Shown one piece after another: positions 1-13,730 of a stretch of 64,000 nt of DNA (position 1 is its first letter; each line of letters starts with the position of its first letter). The notes below the pieces were generated by a model, which saw only the letters and a program-made list of their open reading frames with translations, ran no database searches and was not told the DNA's origin. The position numbers and the translations under genes were made by a program. The stretch lies in the NCBI RefSeq assembly GCF_020745735.1, contig NC_083408.1:124001-188000 (forward strand). The letters are read 5' to 3'. Origin of the DNA: Hemiscyllium ocellatum. Its lineage: Eukaryota.

Positions 1-1515
1 AACCTCACTCTGGCCATTCCCTTGTTCCTCACGTAAGTGTGAGATGCCTTGGTGTTTTCCTTAATCTTACCTGCTAAAGCTTTATCATGCTTCCTTATAG
101 CTCTGCTCAGTTCATTCTTCAGTTCCTTCCTGTCTAACTTGTAACCCTCGAGAGGCCTGCTGATCCTTGCCTTCTCAACATTGAGTAATCTTTCTTCTTC
201 CATTTGACTAGATGCTCCACATCTCCTTTCACCCAGGGTTCCTTCACCCTACCATCCCTTCCTTACCCCTGTAGGACAACCTATACAGCACTTGCAGCAA
301 ATGCTCCCTAAACAAACACCACATTTCTGTAGTACGTATTCGTGAGAACATCTGCTCCCAAATTAGATGCCCAAGTTACTGCCTAATAACATGGAAATTC
401 CCGCTCCTATCCCTCTCCATAAAGGTCAAGGATTTCTGAACACTATCACTGAAATGCTCCCCCACCAAGAGATCTGAAATTTGGCCTGGTCCGTCGCCAA
501 ACATGAAATTCAACATGACATCAACTTTGGTTGTCTTATCTACATATTGAGTCAGGAACGATTCCTAGACACACTTGACAAACGCTACTCCATCCAATCT
601 ATTTGAACTACGGAGAATCCAAACAATATTAGGGAAGTTCAAGTCACTCAGGAGAACAACCCTGTTACTTCTGCATCTTTCCAAAATGTGCCTCTCCATC
701 TGGTCCTCCGCCTCAATGTTGCCAATGGGTGCTCATGTAAACTCCCAATAAAGTACTGTTCCCTTTCCTGTTTCTCACTTCCACCCATGCTGGCTCTGTA
801 GCCAAACTCTCCTCAACGATCTCAATTTCCATAGCGGTGTTACTATGTCTGATTAGCAATGCCACTCGCACTTCGCTTTTTGCTGTCCGCGCCCCCGTTC
901 CTTTTGAAACATCTAAACCGTGGACTATCGAACCACCATCACTGCCCGTATGATATCCAACTCTCTGTAAAGAACACATCATAGTTCCAAGTACTGATCC
1001 ATGCGCGGAGTTCCTTGTCCTTATTTTAGCATTTGGTTCCTTCCCTGGAACCCTCCATTTCCATCTTCAGCATCCGCACTTCCTTCATATTCCTGGTACT
1101 TCTTGTATTAACATAAACACACACTTTAATCAATCATCCTGACTGTAAATCTGACCTATAAACTGTCTATCCCTCCTCTCAGACATCTCTGCACATTGTA
1201 TTTGACTGTTCACTAGCTGCTCCAAAAGTTTGATTCCCGTCCCTCTCCAAACTGGTTTAAACCTTTCCTAAGTGCTCTAGCAAAACTCCCGCCCAGGATA
1301 TTGCTGCCCCTCCAGTTCAGGTGCAACCTGTCCTCTTTGTACCACTCCCACCTCCCCAGAAGGTAACCCAATGATTCACATATCGGAAGCCCTGACTCGT
1401 ACGCCTGCCCTGCAGCTACGTGTTCATCCGCACTCCCGCTCTTTTCTAGCTCCACTACACGGTGGCACTGGTAACATTCCTGAGATTACTACCCTGCTCA
1501 TCCTGCCTTTTTGCT
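1..1515 (-). mobile_element. Decayed CR1 LINE fragment (ORF1 esterase end / ORF2 APE endonuclease region)
   Basis: ORFs 713..982 (EVRNRKGNSTLLGVY) and 1213..1455 (WYKEDRLHLNWRGSNILGG) resemble the APE and SGNH-esterase parts of the intact copy at 46.9-47.7 kb. Confidence 0.8.
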
Positions 1516-1520
1516 TAGAA

Positions 1521-3590
1521 AATAGAACATAGAACATAGAAAAATACAGCGCAGTACAGGCCCTTCGGCCCTCGATGTTGCGCCGATCCATGCCCACCTA
1601 ACCTACACGAGCCCACTTACCTCCATATGCCTATCCCCAATGCCCGTTTAAATGCCCTTAAAGAGGGACAGTCCACCACTGTTACTGGCAGGACATTCCA
1701 TGAACTCACGATTCGCTGAGTAAAGAATCTACACCTAACATCTGACCTATACCTACCACACCTTAATTTAAAGCTATGCCCCCTCGTAATATCTGACTCC
1801 ATACGTGGAAAAAGGTTCTCATGGTCAACCCTATCTAAACCCCTAATCAACTTGTACACCTCTATCAAGTCACCACTAAACCTTCTTTTCTCCAATGAAA
1901 ACAGCCCCGAGTGCCTCAGCCTTTCCTCATACGATCTTCCCACCATACCAAGCAACATCCTGGTAAACCTCCTTTGCACCCGTTTCAGTGCATCCACATC
2001 CTTCCTATTGTATGGCGACCAAAACTGCATAGAGTACTCCAGATGCGGCCGCACCAGAGTCTCATACAACTGCAACATGACCTCAGAACTCCAGAACTCA
2101 ATTCCTCTACCAATAAAAGCCAGTACGCCATATGCCTTCTTCACAGCACTATTTACGTGGGTGGTAACTTCCAGAGATCTATGTACATGGACACCAAGAT
2201 CCCTCTGCTCATCCACACTACCAAGTAGCCGACCATTAGCCCAGTACTCCATCTTCTTGTTACTCTTACCAAAGTGAATCACTTCACACTTAGCTACATT
2301 GAACTCCATTTGCCACCTTTCTGCCTAGCTCTGCAGCTTATCTATTTCCCGCTGTAACCTGTCACATTCTTCCTCACTGTCAACAACTCCGCCGACTTTC
2401 GTATCACCCGCAAAGTTGCTCACGCAAACTTCTAGCCCCTCCTCCAGGTCATTTATAAAAATGTCAAACAGCAATGGTCCCAAAACAGATCCTTGCGGAA
2501 CACCGCTGGTAACTGCACTCCAAGATGAACCTTTACCATCAAGTACTACCCTCTGTCTTCTTCCAGCCAGCCAATTCCTAATCCAAACCTCCAACTCAAC
2601 CTCAATGCCACGCCTCCGTATTTTTTTGCAGTAGCTTACCATGGGGAACCTTATCAAACGCCTTAACAAAATCCACATACACCACATCTACCGCTTTATC
2701 CTCGTCCACCTCCTTAGTCACCTTCTCAAAGAATTCAGTAAGGTTTGTGAGGCTCCACCTGCCCTTCACAAACCCATGCTGACTATCCTTGATCACATCA
2801 TTCCTATCCAGATGTTCATAAATCCTATCCCTTCCAATTCTCTCTAAGACGTTGCCAACAACAGAGGTAAGACTCACTGGCCTATAGTTACTAGGGTTAT
2901 CCCTACTCCCCTTCTTGAAGAAGGGAACCACATTTTCTATCCTCCAGTCTTATGGCACTATTCCTATCGACAACGAGGAGATAAAAATCAAGGCCAATGG
3001 CTCTGCAAACTCCTCCCTTGCTTCCCAGAGAATCCCAGGATAAATGCTATCAGGCCCAGAGGACTTATCTATATTCACCCTTTCCAGAATTTCCAACATC
3101 TCTTCCCTACATACCTCAAAGCCATCCATTCTAATTAATTATGACTCAGTATTCACATCGGCAACAATGTCCTGTTCCTGAGTGAATACTGACGAAAAGT
3201 ATTCATTCAGTGTCTCCCCAATTTCTTCAACCTCCACACGCAACTTTCCGCTACTATCCTTGACTGCACCTATTCTTACCCTAGTCATTCTTTTATTCCT
3301 GACATACCTACAGATAGCCTTTGGGTTTTCCCTAATCCTAGCAACCAAGGACGTTTCATGCCCCCTCCTTGCTGCTCTTAGCCCTCTCTTTAGATTCTTC
3401 CTGGCTACCCTATAATTCTCAATCGCCCCAATTGAGCCTTCACGCCTCATCTTTACATAGGCCGCCCTCTTCCCTTTAACAAGGGATTCCAATTCCTTAT
3501 TAAACCACGGCTCCCTCACACGACCCTTTCCTACCTGCCTGACAGGTACATACTTATCAGGGACACTCAATAGTTTCTCCTTGAACAAGA
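1521..3590 (-). mobile_element. 5'-truncated CR1 LINE (RT region, 3' UTR, (TTCTATG)n tail)
   Basis: RT motifs [25 protein letters not shown] and RPHLEY; (agaacat)n tail at 1521-1545. Confidence 0.92.
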
Positions 3591-4400
3591 TTCCTATGTA
3601 ATTCCCTACATTCAATGTGTAGGTCCTCATCACGTTTACTGGCTATGTCATTGGTGCCAATGTGCATCACGACCTCTGGCTGCTCTCCGTCCCCCTTAAG
3701 AATTCTTTGTTATTGTATGCTCCTCAATCCTTCAGTTGCTTAGTGTTTCAATTTTCTGAATTGAGCTTTTCTCATCCAAAAGAACGGTGCGTAATTAAAA
3801 GACCGCTTGAGTACTGGAGTGTCTTGAAAATCCATGACCATTTCCATATGATTCTTATGTGCACTTTCCCAAATTCCGGCTCTTCAAATAACATCTCATC
3901 AATTCAAACTCAAATTGTTTGCAAGTAGATTTTCAAACGCTTTGTATAGCCGTGGAAATGCACTTTTGAAAAAAAATTGTACTGATTATTTCTTGTCTGA
4001 TACATCATTGGGTCAAGAACACAATGTTGTTTTGTATTTACGACATTTATCTTTTTTTTTACCAAGTTCCTCTGCTATCCAGGAAAGTTGTGTTGTGTTG
4101 GCCATTGGCCAAGATAAACTTCTAATCATTACCTGGACTGTATTCAAATGGAATTATTTGTCGATAGCTTGAGGAATTAAGGGTTGGATAAAAACCAGGT
4201 GGAGCTGGGTTCAGCAGCAGGGCAGAGGAAACTGGAGAGAGGTTTGCCTTGATGGGTAAGGAGAAGGTGGGGGAGCAACTGAAAGGATATGCACTGGAAG
4301 GCTCTCAAATTTGAAGGACTGTTTCATGTGTGTAACAGCACATCAATGTCATGTCCATTTGCTCAATGCAGACCATTGGGGTAAATGATCGAAGTAGTTC

Positions 4401-4545
4401 AAAATCATACGGCACCAGAACTACCTGATGAAAAAGCAACGCTCTGAAAGCAAGTGCTTCCAAATAAACCTATTGGACGATAACCTGGTGTTGTGTGATT
4501 TTTAACTTTGTCCATCCCACTCCAAGAACCGCTCATCCACAACAT
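4401..4545 (-). mobile_element. Penelope-like terminal repeat fragment (family 2), short hairpin
   Basis: Shares aacctggtgttgtgtgatttttaac with copies at 13.6, 57.0 and 62.8 kb. Confidence 0.55.
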
Positions 4546-4675
4546 GATAAAGGTGGATAAGATTCACTTCCAGTATTGATAATGCTAACAAAGACTTCGA
4601 TGCATAAAAAACAAAGAATTATTTTATCCCCCTTAAGGATCAATCTTTAATTTGTTCACTAAGCTAACAGCTACA

Positions 4676-4977
4676 GATTACTTACAGTGTGGAAATAAGC
4701 CCTTCGGCCCAACAAGTCCACACCGACCCGCCAAAGCACAACCCACACATATCCCTACATTTACCACTTACCTAACACTACGGGCAATTTAGCATGGACA
4801 ATTCACCTGACCCGCACATGATTGGACTGTTGGAGGAAACTGGAGCACCCAGAGGAAACCCACGAAGACACGAGGAGAACGTGCAAATTCCACACAGTCA
4901 GTCACTTGAATCAGGAACCGAACCCGGGTCTCTGGCGCTGTGAGGCAACAGTGCTAACCACTGTGCACCGGGCTGCC
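4676..4977 (-). mobile_element. tRNA-derived SINE, HE1/V-SINE-like
   Basis: Minus strand has a tRNA-like head (cagtggttagcactgttgcctcacagcgcc), the V-domain core and a gggccgaaggg...ccacactgt tail. Confidence 0.88.
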
Positions 4978-4981
4978 TTTT

Positions 4982-5250
4982 AGATTGAAGTGTTCCTTTT
5001 GCTCAACAAGTCACACCGACCTTCTGAAAAGCAACCAATCCAGACCCGTTCCCCAACTTTACCCCTACAACACTATGGGCAATTTAGCATTGCCAATTCA
5101 CTTAACCTGCACATTTTTGGAATGTGGGAGGAAACCGGAGCACACAGAGGAAACCCGGGGACACAGGGAGAACGTGCAAACTCCAAACAGATAGTTGCCT
5201 GAGGTGGGAATTGAACCTGTGTCTCTGGCGCTGTGAACTGCTGTGCCACA
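4982..5250 (-). mobile_element. HE1/V-SINE-like, second copy in tandem
   Basis: Same core (gggaggaaaccggagcac), directly adjacent to the previous copy. Confidence 0.82.
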
Positions 5251-5254
5251 TGCT

Positions 5255-5600
5255 CTCTGAAGTGATCCACAAGTAGGCATCATGTCTCCCTGATGTAGAG
5301 GAGACCACATCAGGTGCAACGGATCCAGTAGATGACAATTATGAAAGCATATGTCTCTCCAAAATGCTGATAGCTTTCAGTGAGACCACTCTCAAAGTTA
5401 CCTACTTGGCAGATACAACCACCCCCAACTCCCACACCCCACCAGCCCGGCACCATCCCCTGCTACACAAGAAGTGCAAAATCTGCACCCACACTTGCCC
5501 CTCATCTCAATCCAAGGCCCCAAAGGATCCCTTCACATCCAACAGAGATTTACCTGTACTGCCACTGTATCTGTTGCACCTCATGTGGTCTCTTCGGTGC
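5255..5600. mobile_element. Penelope-like GIY-YIG fragments in inverted arrangement
   Basis: Both pieces resemble the CKTCAHT...YCIRCTRCG region of the 21.9-22.1 kb element, in opposite orientations. Confidence 0.6.
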
Positions 5601-6829
5601 AGATCATTTTGGAAAAGTGGAGGATGTAATCACAGCATGATTTATCAGCGAAAATGGATCTTTCCATCAAAGACCTGGGATAATACGGCAAAAACATATT
5701 GCTGAAATTAATATTATATACTTCTGTCACCCAGCGCATACATCTTTTGTTCTATAAATAAAGAGAAATATGCAGAGCTGAAAGTTGAGCTTTTTGAAGA
5801 TTCTGCCAGATAAGACAATTTCCAGGACGTTTTGTTTTGATTTCGAATTTGTAGCATTTGCATATTTTGCTTTTGTACGGTAACCTTTGGTTCCATGTTT
5901 GAAATTTGGATCTCAGCGAATCAGTACTGGTTGTCGTATTATCCTTAAGGATAGCATAAAGAAGCATTATGCTTTGGACTTGTTGCATTTGCAAGTGAAT
6001 ACAGATACAAATAGAATGTTAGATTGAGCGTTTTGTCTGCTGAATGATTGTTACATGTGCCACTTGTAAATATTTAACAAGTTGTGAAAGATTTACTAAT
6101 ATCACGAGTTTTTACGTAACGTTTTGTGCAAGTGTTGTTCTTTAGTGCATGATTTTCCCCTTTGTTCAATTGGAGAAAGAGTGACGGAGAAGAATTGAAA
6201 AATAATTGACGTAAAAAAGCAGTAATCCAAAATATTATTACATTGGAGTCATACCAGTGACTCTTTAGATTCCTGAAAGTGTCCTGTTCCACCTTCTACA
6301 CAGTTTAAACTCTTACTCTGAGCAAGGATTGCAAGTTGACTCTTACAAACAATAATATTCATTTATTCAACAGAATTAATACGAGAATAACAAATATGCA
6401 ATGACCTAAAGATAAACCCCATAAGCTATCTTCTGTTTTAACTTAACTTTGTCTGATCGCATACCACGCTAGAAATTAGTCTGGCTCTACGTGTTGCTGT
6501 CCTTTTATTCTCAAGTTACCACACTCGCCCTTTTGGGAGTGTCTTGAAGATCTGCCAATGGATTGGTCAGGTTTGATTGCCCTGATCAATCAGACCTAAC
6601 CAGATGTTGGCACATTCACTGTCCTTTTGTCTTCACTTGCCCCGCAAGAGGCTGCAACCGGATGTTCTGAGGCTTAATGCAGACACAATATGAAACACAG
6701 ACATGAGTTGTAGGTTGTCCAGCGTGGTAGTTAGAATTTTGTGTTGACAATGTGGAAAGAGACTGTGGAAGCCAAGATTTAAGATGAGAGACTCAAGCAC
6801 GAAATTAATGCATTGTGCATGCTCGGAGG

Positions 6830-8240
6830 AGTTACAGTCAAAGTGTGGTACTGAAAATGCACAGAAGGTCAGGCAGCACATGAGGGGCAGAATAATAGCC
6901 GTTTCGTGCATAAGCCTTTCATTGGGAATGTGTGAGGGGAGAGGGATGAGAAATAAATAGGAGGAGGTGTGCAGCTGAGGGAATGTAGCTGGGAAGATGA
7001 TAGGTAGATGTAGGTGACGGGTGATGGTGATAGGTCAGAGTGGAGGGTGGAGCAGATAGGTGGGAAGGAGATGAACAGATAGGGAAGGTGAAGAGGGAGG
7101 TGCCGAGTTGGCGGGTTGGGACTGGGATGAGGTGAAGGGAAGGGAGATTAGGAAACCATTGAAATCAATATTGATGTCTTGTGGTTGGAAGGTCCCAAGT
7201 CGGAAGATGACACGTTCTTCCTCCACGCTTGCAGAAGGCCCAGGACTTTCTTGTCCTTAGCAGCGTGGAAGGGAGAGTTGAAGTGTTTGACCACGGGGCA
7301 GTGGGGTTGCTTGCTGCTTGTGTCTAAGAGATGTTCCCTGAAGTGTTTCTCGAGTTGGTGTCCTGTCTCCTCATCATAGGCGATACCACATCAAGAGTAA
7401 TGGAAACTGGAGATGGTGTGTGTGGATGTGCAGGAATATCCCTGCTGGATGTGGAAGGTTCCTTTGGGTCCTTGGACGGAGGCGGGGGGGAGGTGTCGGT
7501 AAAGGTTTTACACCTTTTGAGGTGGCAAGGGAAGGTGGCTTGGTGGGGGGGGGGGCGTAGCATGGACCTAACAAGGGAGTCACAGAGGGAATGGTCTCTC
7601 TGGAATGTGGAAAGGGGTCGACAGGGAAATATATCCATACTGGTGGGGTCTGATTGTGAGTGGCTGAAATGGTGGAGGATGATGTGATGTATCAAGAGGT
7701 TGGAGGGATGGAAGGTGTGTACCAGGGTGGGTTTATGTCCTTGTTGCTGTTGGAGAGGTGAGGTTCAGGGGCAGAATTATGGAGGATGTGGTTGGAGGGC
7801 ATTGTTGATTAAATGGGAACAGAAATTGCAGTCCTTGAACTATGAGGCCATCTAGGATATTCTGAAGAGGAATTACCCCTCCTGAGAGCAGATATTGCAA
7901 AGGCGGAGGAATTAGGACCAAGGGATAGCGTTTTTACAGGAGGTAGGGTGGGAGGAGATGTATTTAATTTAGCTGTGGGAGCCACTGAGTTTGAAGTAAA
8001 TGCCTGTGTTGATTCTGATGTTGGAAATTGAGACAGAGAGGTCCAGGAATGGGAGGGACGTATTCGAGATGGTCCAGGTGAACATGAGGTCAGGGTGAAA
8101 GGAGATCTGAAGTTGATAAACTGATTAACCTCCTCGTGGGAGCATGAGATGGCGCCAATACAGTCATTGATGTAGCGGAGGAAAAGGTGGGGAATGGTGT
8201 CAGCCTAACTGTGGAGATGGACGGTTCCATGTATCCAGTG
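6830..8240 (-). mobile_element. Decayed Penelope-like retroelement (family 1)
   Basis: ORF 7035..7226 EEERVIFRLGTFQPQ and ORF 7324..7695 match the GIY-YIG C-terminus and linker of the 20.6-22.6 kb copy. Confidence 0.8.
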
Positions 8241-8714
8241 AAGATGCAAGGAGTTACAGCTGAACTCTGTCAGAAACGGGCGTGTTACTGTGCTGCTTCA
8301 CTTCAGAAGATTGAGTTTGTGACACGGTTGTAAAAACGTTAGATCAGAGTGCTCAAGGATCGCTGGAGTGGTCATCAAGCAGAAGAAAAAATTGAGTGAA
8401 ATTACCTTGGAAATTTGCAATGTTATAATTGGTTATTTTACTCTGTGCTCCATTTCAGCGAAGTCTAAGGAACCGGAGACAAAGATTTTGATCCCAATCC
8501 TTATCATTGATTATGTCGGCCTTAGTATAATGTGGTGTCTGGAAACTGACATTGTCCTTCACTGCCGCATCATCAACATAAATAAGATTCGAACTTCACA
8601 AGGTTATTTTAATGCTTTGAGCTTGAAGAAGATTTCTTTTATCCCTTGGGATCATTATTAAAGCATGGGTCTCAGTTTTAAATTGATTCTTACAGTGCCA
8701 GTATGAATGAGGCT

Positions 8715-10185
8715 TAGAACATAGAACATAGAACATAGAACAATACAGCACAAAACAGGCCCTTCGGCCCACGATGTTGTGCCGAACATTTATCCTAGAT
8801 TAAGCACCCATCCATGTACCTATCCAATTGCCGTTTAAAGGTCGCCAATAATTCTGACTATACCACTCCCACGGGCAGCGCATTCCATGCCCCCACCACT
8901 CTCTGGGTAAAGAACCCAACCCTGACATCTCCCCTATACCTTCCACCCTTCACCTTAAATTTATGTCCCTTTGTAACACTCTGTTGTACCCGGGGAAAAA
9001 AGTTTCTGACTGTCTACTCTATCTATTCAACTCTGTCTACTCTATCAAGTCACCCCTCATCCTTCGCCGTTCCAATGAGAAAAGGCCGAGAACTCTCAAC
9101 CTATCCTCGTACGACCTATTCTCCATTCCAGGCAACATCCTGGTAAATCTTCTCTGCACTCTCTCCAAAGCTTCCACATCTTTCCTAAAGTGAGGCGACC
9201 AGAACTGCACACAGTACGCCAAATGTGGCCTAGCCAAAGTCCTGTACAGCTGCAACATATTTCACGACTCTTGAATTCAATCCCTCTGCTAATGAACGCT
9301 AATACACCATAGGCCTTCTTACAAGCTCTATCCACCTGAGTGGCAACTTTCAAAGATCGATGTACATAGACCCCAAGATCCCTCTGTTCCTCCACCTGAC
9401 TAAGAACTCTACCGTTAACCCTGTATTCCGCATTCTTATTTGTTCTTCCAAAATGGACAACCTTACACTTGGCAGGGTTGAACTCCATCTGCCACTCCTC
9501 AGCCCAGCTCTGCATCATATCTAAGTCCCTTTGCAGCCGACAACAGCCCTCCTCACTGTCCACAACTCCACCAATCTTCGTATCATCTGCAAATTTACTG
9601 ACCCACCCTTCGACTCCCTCATCCAAGTCATTAATAAAAATTACAAACAGCAGAGGAACCAGAACTGATCCCTGCGGAACTCCACTTGTAACTAGGCTCC
9701 AGGCTGAATATTTACCATCTACCACCACTCTCTGACTTCGACCAGTTAGCCAGTTTTCTATCCAATTGTCCAAATTTCTCTCTATCCCCTGCCTCCTGAC
9801 TTTCCACATAAGCCTACCATGGGGAACCTTATCAAATGGCTTACTAAAATCCATGTACATTACATCCACTGCTCTACCCTCATCCACATGCTTGGTAACC
9901 TCCTCAAAGAATTCAATAAGACTTGTAAGGCAAGACCTACCCTTCACAAATCCGTGCTGGCTGTCCCTAATCAAGCTGTGTCTTTCCAGATACTAATAAA
10001 TCCTATCCCTCAGTACCCTTTCCATTACTTTGCCTACCACAGAAGTAAGACTAACTGGCCTGTAATTCCCGTGGTTATCCCTATTCCCTTTTTTGAACAG
10101 GGGCACAACATTCGCTACTCTCCAGTTCCTTGGTACCACCCCCATTGACAGTGAAGACGAAAAGATCATTGCCAACGGTACTGCT
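8715..10185 (-). mobile_element. 5'-truncated CR1 LINE (RT region and tail)
   Basis: ORF 9096..9974 with [15 protein letters not shown] and QWQMEFN-type motifs; (agaacat)n tail at about 8715-8740. Confidence 0.92.
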
Positions 10186-11453
10186 TAATTTTATAGCGGC
10201 CAAAGTGAGGTCGTGGATAGATGTGAAGTGGGTGGATGGAACTAAAGTAGGCACTTTGCAATATGTTCACTCAAAATGAAATGCCCCCATTTCAGTAGTA
10301 TCTATTTGATTCCAAAATCCATATCAAAATTGAGCCCTTGAGGTTTGGAAGGAGTGTTGTCAGGGAATTGCTGATTTCAGGAGTGAAGAAAGGAGCAAAC
10401 ACTCTTCTCACATTAGCATACCATGTTTCCATTGATGATTGCCATCTTTACAGCGCGCTGGCTAACATTAACTCTGTGTATCTCTTCGTTTCAAAGCTGA
10501 AATGCAAGGGGGTTCTTTAACGAAAAGTGAAAACTTCTTTTAAGAGCCTTTTCTTGCTTTACTGTGAACATATTCTGCACTGAGTATCAATACGACTTGA
10601 GAATAAATAGATTTTATTTCAAATTTGGACATGTTGTTAATTTGATTTTTTGTCAATTTAATTAATGCTGCAAACTTTCCTTAAAGTGTGGGAAAAGTTA
10701 CGTGAGCATTTCTGCAGAATATTTTAGTGCTGATGAGAAAGCATTGCATTTAGAAGGTAAAGTGTCCTCATTCTTATGAAGGAGTCTGTGATTATATATA
10801 ATTTCTTATTTTGCATTCTAGTTGCAAAGTTCGAGGTGCTTGCCCATTCAAAGCGGTTGACTGTGTTTTTTTTTCTCCTACTGCATGAGCAGTGACCAAA
10901 CTGGGCCTCTGACGTAGAAGAAGGAGTTGTTTATAAGGTGTCCTTCAACATAGACTAAATCAAACAAGCAGACAGCAAAGGTGTGAAATTCTCCAGGGGT
11001 ACGTATGATTTGTCTCTCTTTTGCCTTTCCACCTTTTATACATAACCAATTTGTGTTTTAAATATGTATATCAGGGCTATGGCGTGGTCAGTTAATCTGT
11101 TAGAAATTGTATAAAATTGTCCATTTGCTTACAATCGAGTTGAGGCAGAGATGAGATCTGCCATGATTATATTAAAGGGCATAGCAGGCTCGTGGGGCTG
11201 AATGCCAACTTATCCAAGTCCTTCCGCTCTCATCGGGTGTAGGTTTATCCAAAATCTTGTTTGGGTTAATTGTACTTGAAGCATTAGAAGGATATGAAGC
11301 AAGGAGATTTCCCTATGTCATTTTTCTTCTTTAGAAAATAGCACAGTGCAGCAGAGTGCTCGTAACGCAATGGATAACTCATCTGATTAGGGATTCCGAG
11401 ATTGTAGGTTCCTCTCTGGCTCGAGTGTGGTTCACAACTTTTTCATATTTTAA

Positions 11454-11793
11454 GGTGGCAGAATGGCTCAGTGGTTAGCACTATTGCCTCACAGAACCAG
11501 GGACCTGTGTTTGATCTCAGCCTTGGGAGTCTGTATGGAATTTGTGCATTCTGCCTGTGTCTACGTAGGTTTTCTCCAGTTGCCCCGGTTTCCTCCCACA
11601 GTCCAAAGACGTGCAGGTTAGATGAAGTGGCCATGCTAAATTGTCCATAGTGCTCAGGGATGTGCAAGTTAAGTGCATTAGTCAGGTGCAGAATAATAGA
11701 GTAGAGAGAAGGGTCTGGATGGGTTACTCTTCGGAGGATCAGTGTGGAGATGTTGGGCCAAATATTCAGTTTCCATACTGTAGGATTTTATGA
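11454..11793 (+). mobile_element. HE1/V-SINE-like
   Basis: tggctcagtggttagcactattgcctcacag head and the V-domain core. Confidence 0.82.
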
Positions 11794-12507
11794 CGTAGCA
11801 TCCCAGCAATAAAATGTTATGAATTCCCTCCTTTATCAAATGTTGATATTGTGTTTGTATTAGTCTTGTTGATAAGTTATTCTCAATACATGATGATGGT
11901 CATGTTTAACTCTTTCACTATTTAACCAAAAGCAAATTGTGGGCATGTCCACTAAGCACTTGTGCACAGTGTAGTGACTTTTCCATTAAATGTTCCTGAG
12001 TCAGCAAAGCACTTATAGGGACTGGTGGCATCCTTTCTTAAGAAAGGTATTTTTGTTTCCTTTAGATCAGGTCAGATTATTTTTCCTCAAATTAACTTGT
12101 GTATCTGTTATCCAATTACATTTCTGATGCTCTGCTGGGATCCTAGCCCAGCTGCTTATAAATCGTTTATTGCCAATCAGTTCAATTTGTTGCTCCTTTT
12201 ACACTTATGACGATGGCATTGAAGTTTAATAGAACAATGCTACAAATATTAAAGTGGAGCTACGTCTGAAGGAATTGATAAGGCATTGATTTATGTGTGC
12301 AGTTTATGGGTTAATTTGTCAAATTTGTTTCCTGCTAATGTGCAGCAAAATTCACGTGACACTGTCAAATTCTCAGTAGCTTGATCTATATTGAGATATC
12401 TTCAAGAAGCAGCGTTACTAGGCCAAGAAAATGGAATGGAACTTGATATGTATACTGTTTTTACCACGCTCTATAACTGGTGAATCTTCTTGAAATAGGA
12501 AGTGGTA

Positions 12508-13365
12508 AGAAAATCACACCACACCAGGTTATAGGCCATCAGGTTTATTTGAAAGCACTAGCTTTCAGAGCAATGCTACTTCACCTGGTAGCTGTGGAGT
12601 AGCATCATAAAACACAGAATGTATTGGAAAGATTGCAGTGCCATGCAACTGAAATGATATATTGAACAAACCTAGATTGCTGTTAAGTCTTCCATCTTTT
12701 AGAATGGATGGCAGGACTTGTTTTATTAATACGTAAATCCCAGAACTTGTTTTAAATCACATTCTTGAGATAACTTATAGGTTTATGCAAAAATGTGAGA
12801 TCTCAGCTCAGAAAATGCATTAAAGGGGTGAGGTCACAATCTCTCTGCATCCAGATCTTGAGCCAGGCTCGTTCTATTTCCAAAGTGGAATTTATAAAAT
12901 GTTATATGGAGTGACTCCCTATGTTGTCTGTCTGCAGATTGTGCACGTTTTGAGCAAAATAGAATGTATCTGCAAATAGAAATTCACCCGATAGATAGTG
13001 TGAATGTCCGAGTATGCGTGCAAATGAGAAAGTGTGTGTTTGCATGTGTGCATGCTTGGTAAAGTGTGTGCACACGTGCTTCTGTATGTGTGTGAGAGAG
13101 TGTGCTTAGTGTAGTGGAGTCACCTTTAGTATGGCATTAGCCCAAGATCCTGGTTGAGGTTATCCTCATGGGAACCGAACTTGGCTATCAGAGTCTCCTC
13201 AGCCACTCTGTGACGGTGTCTATCCCGAAATCCACTTTGGTGGGTGGTCACCCAAACATCCGAGACCGAAAGGCCCTGATCGTTCACGTGTCCCCTGAAT
13301 GGGAGGGAACAGCCCTGTCTGGTGATTTGTGCCGTGTCCATTCATCCATTGTCCTAGCATCCAAA
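12508..13365. mobile_element. Penelope-like element (family 2) remnant
   Basis: Family-2 terminal repeat; minus ORF 13126..13341 (RVAEETLIAKFGSHEDNLNQDLGLM) resembles a GIY-YIG C-terminus. Confidence 0.65.
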
Positions 13366-13576
13366 CATCCACCAAGGTGGATTTTGTGATAGTATCTGTT
13401 AGAAGTAATTAAACTGGCCCTGAAACGTTACAACTCAGACTTTTCGGGGACTGTGCCTTTTATGATCTCTCTGAAAAAAAATCCATAAGCAACATCACCT
13501 TATTAACAGGGCAGTTTCATCACATTCCTCAAAACCAAATTTCGAACCAAGTTTTTGGTGACATCTCCTCGTAATC

Positions 13577-13730
13577 ATGATTTGGAGATCCTGGTGTTAA
13601 AAGTTAAAAAATGACACAACACCAGGTTATAGTGAGACAATCACCTCATGAAGGAGCGGCACTCCGAAAGCTAGTGTGCTTTCAAATAAACCTGTTGGAC
13701 TATAACCTGGTGTTTTGTGATTTTTAACTC
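13577..13730. mobile_element. Hairpin made of two inverted family-2 Penelope-like termini
   Basis: Arms ttaaaaaatgacacaacaccaggttatagt and actataacctggtgttttgtgatttttaa are near reverse complements. Confidence 0.7.
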
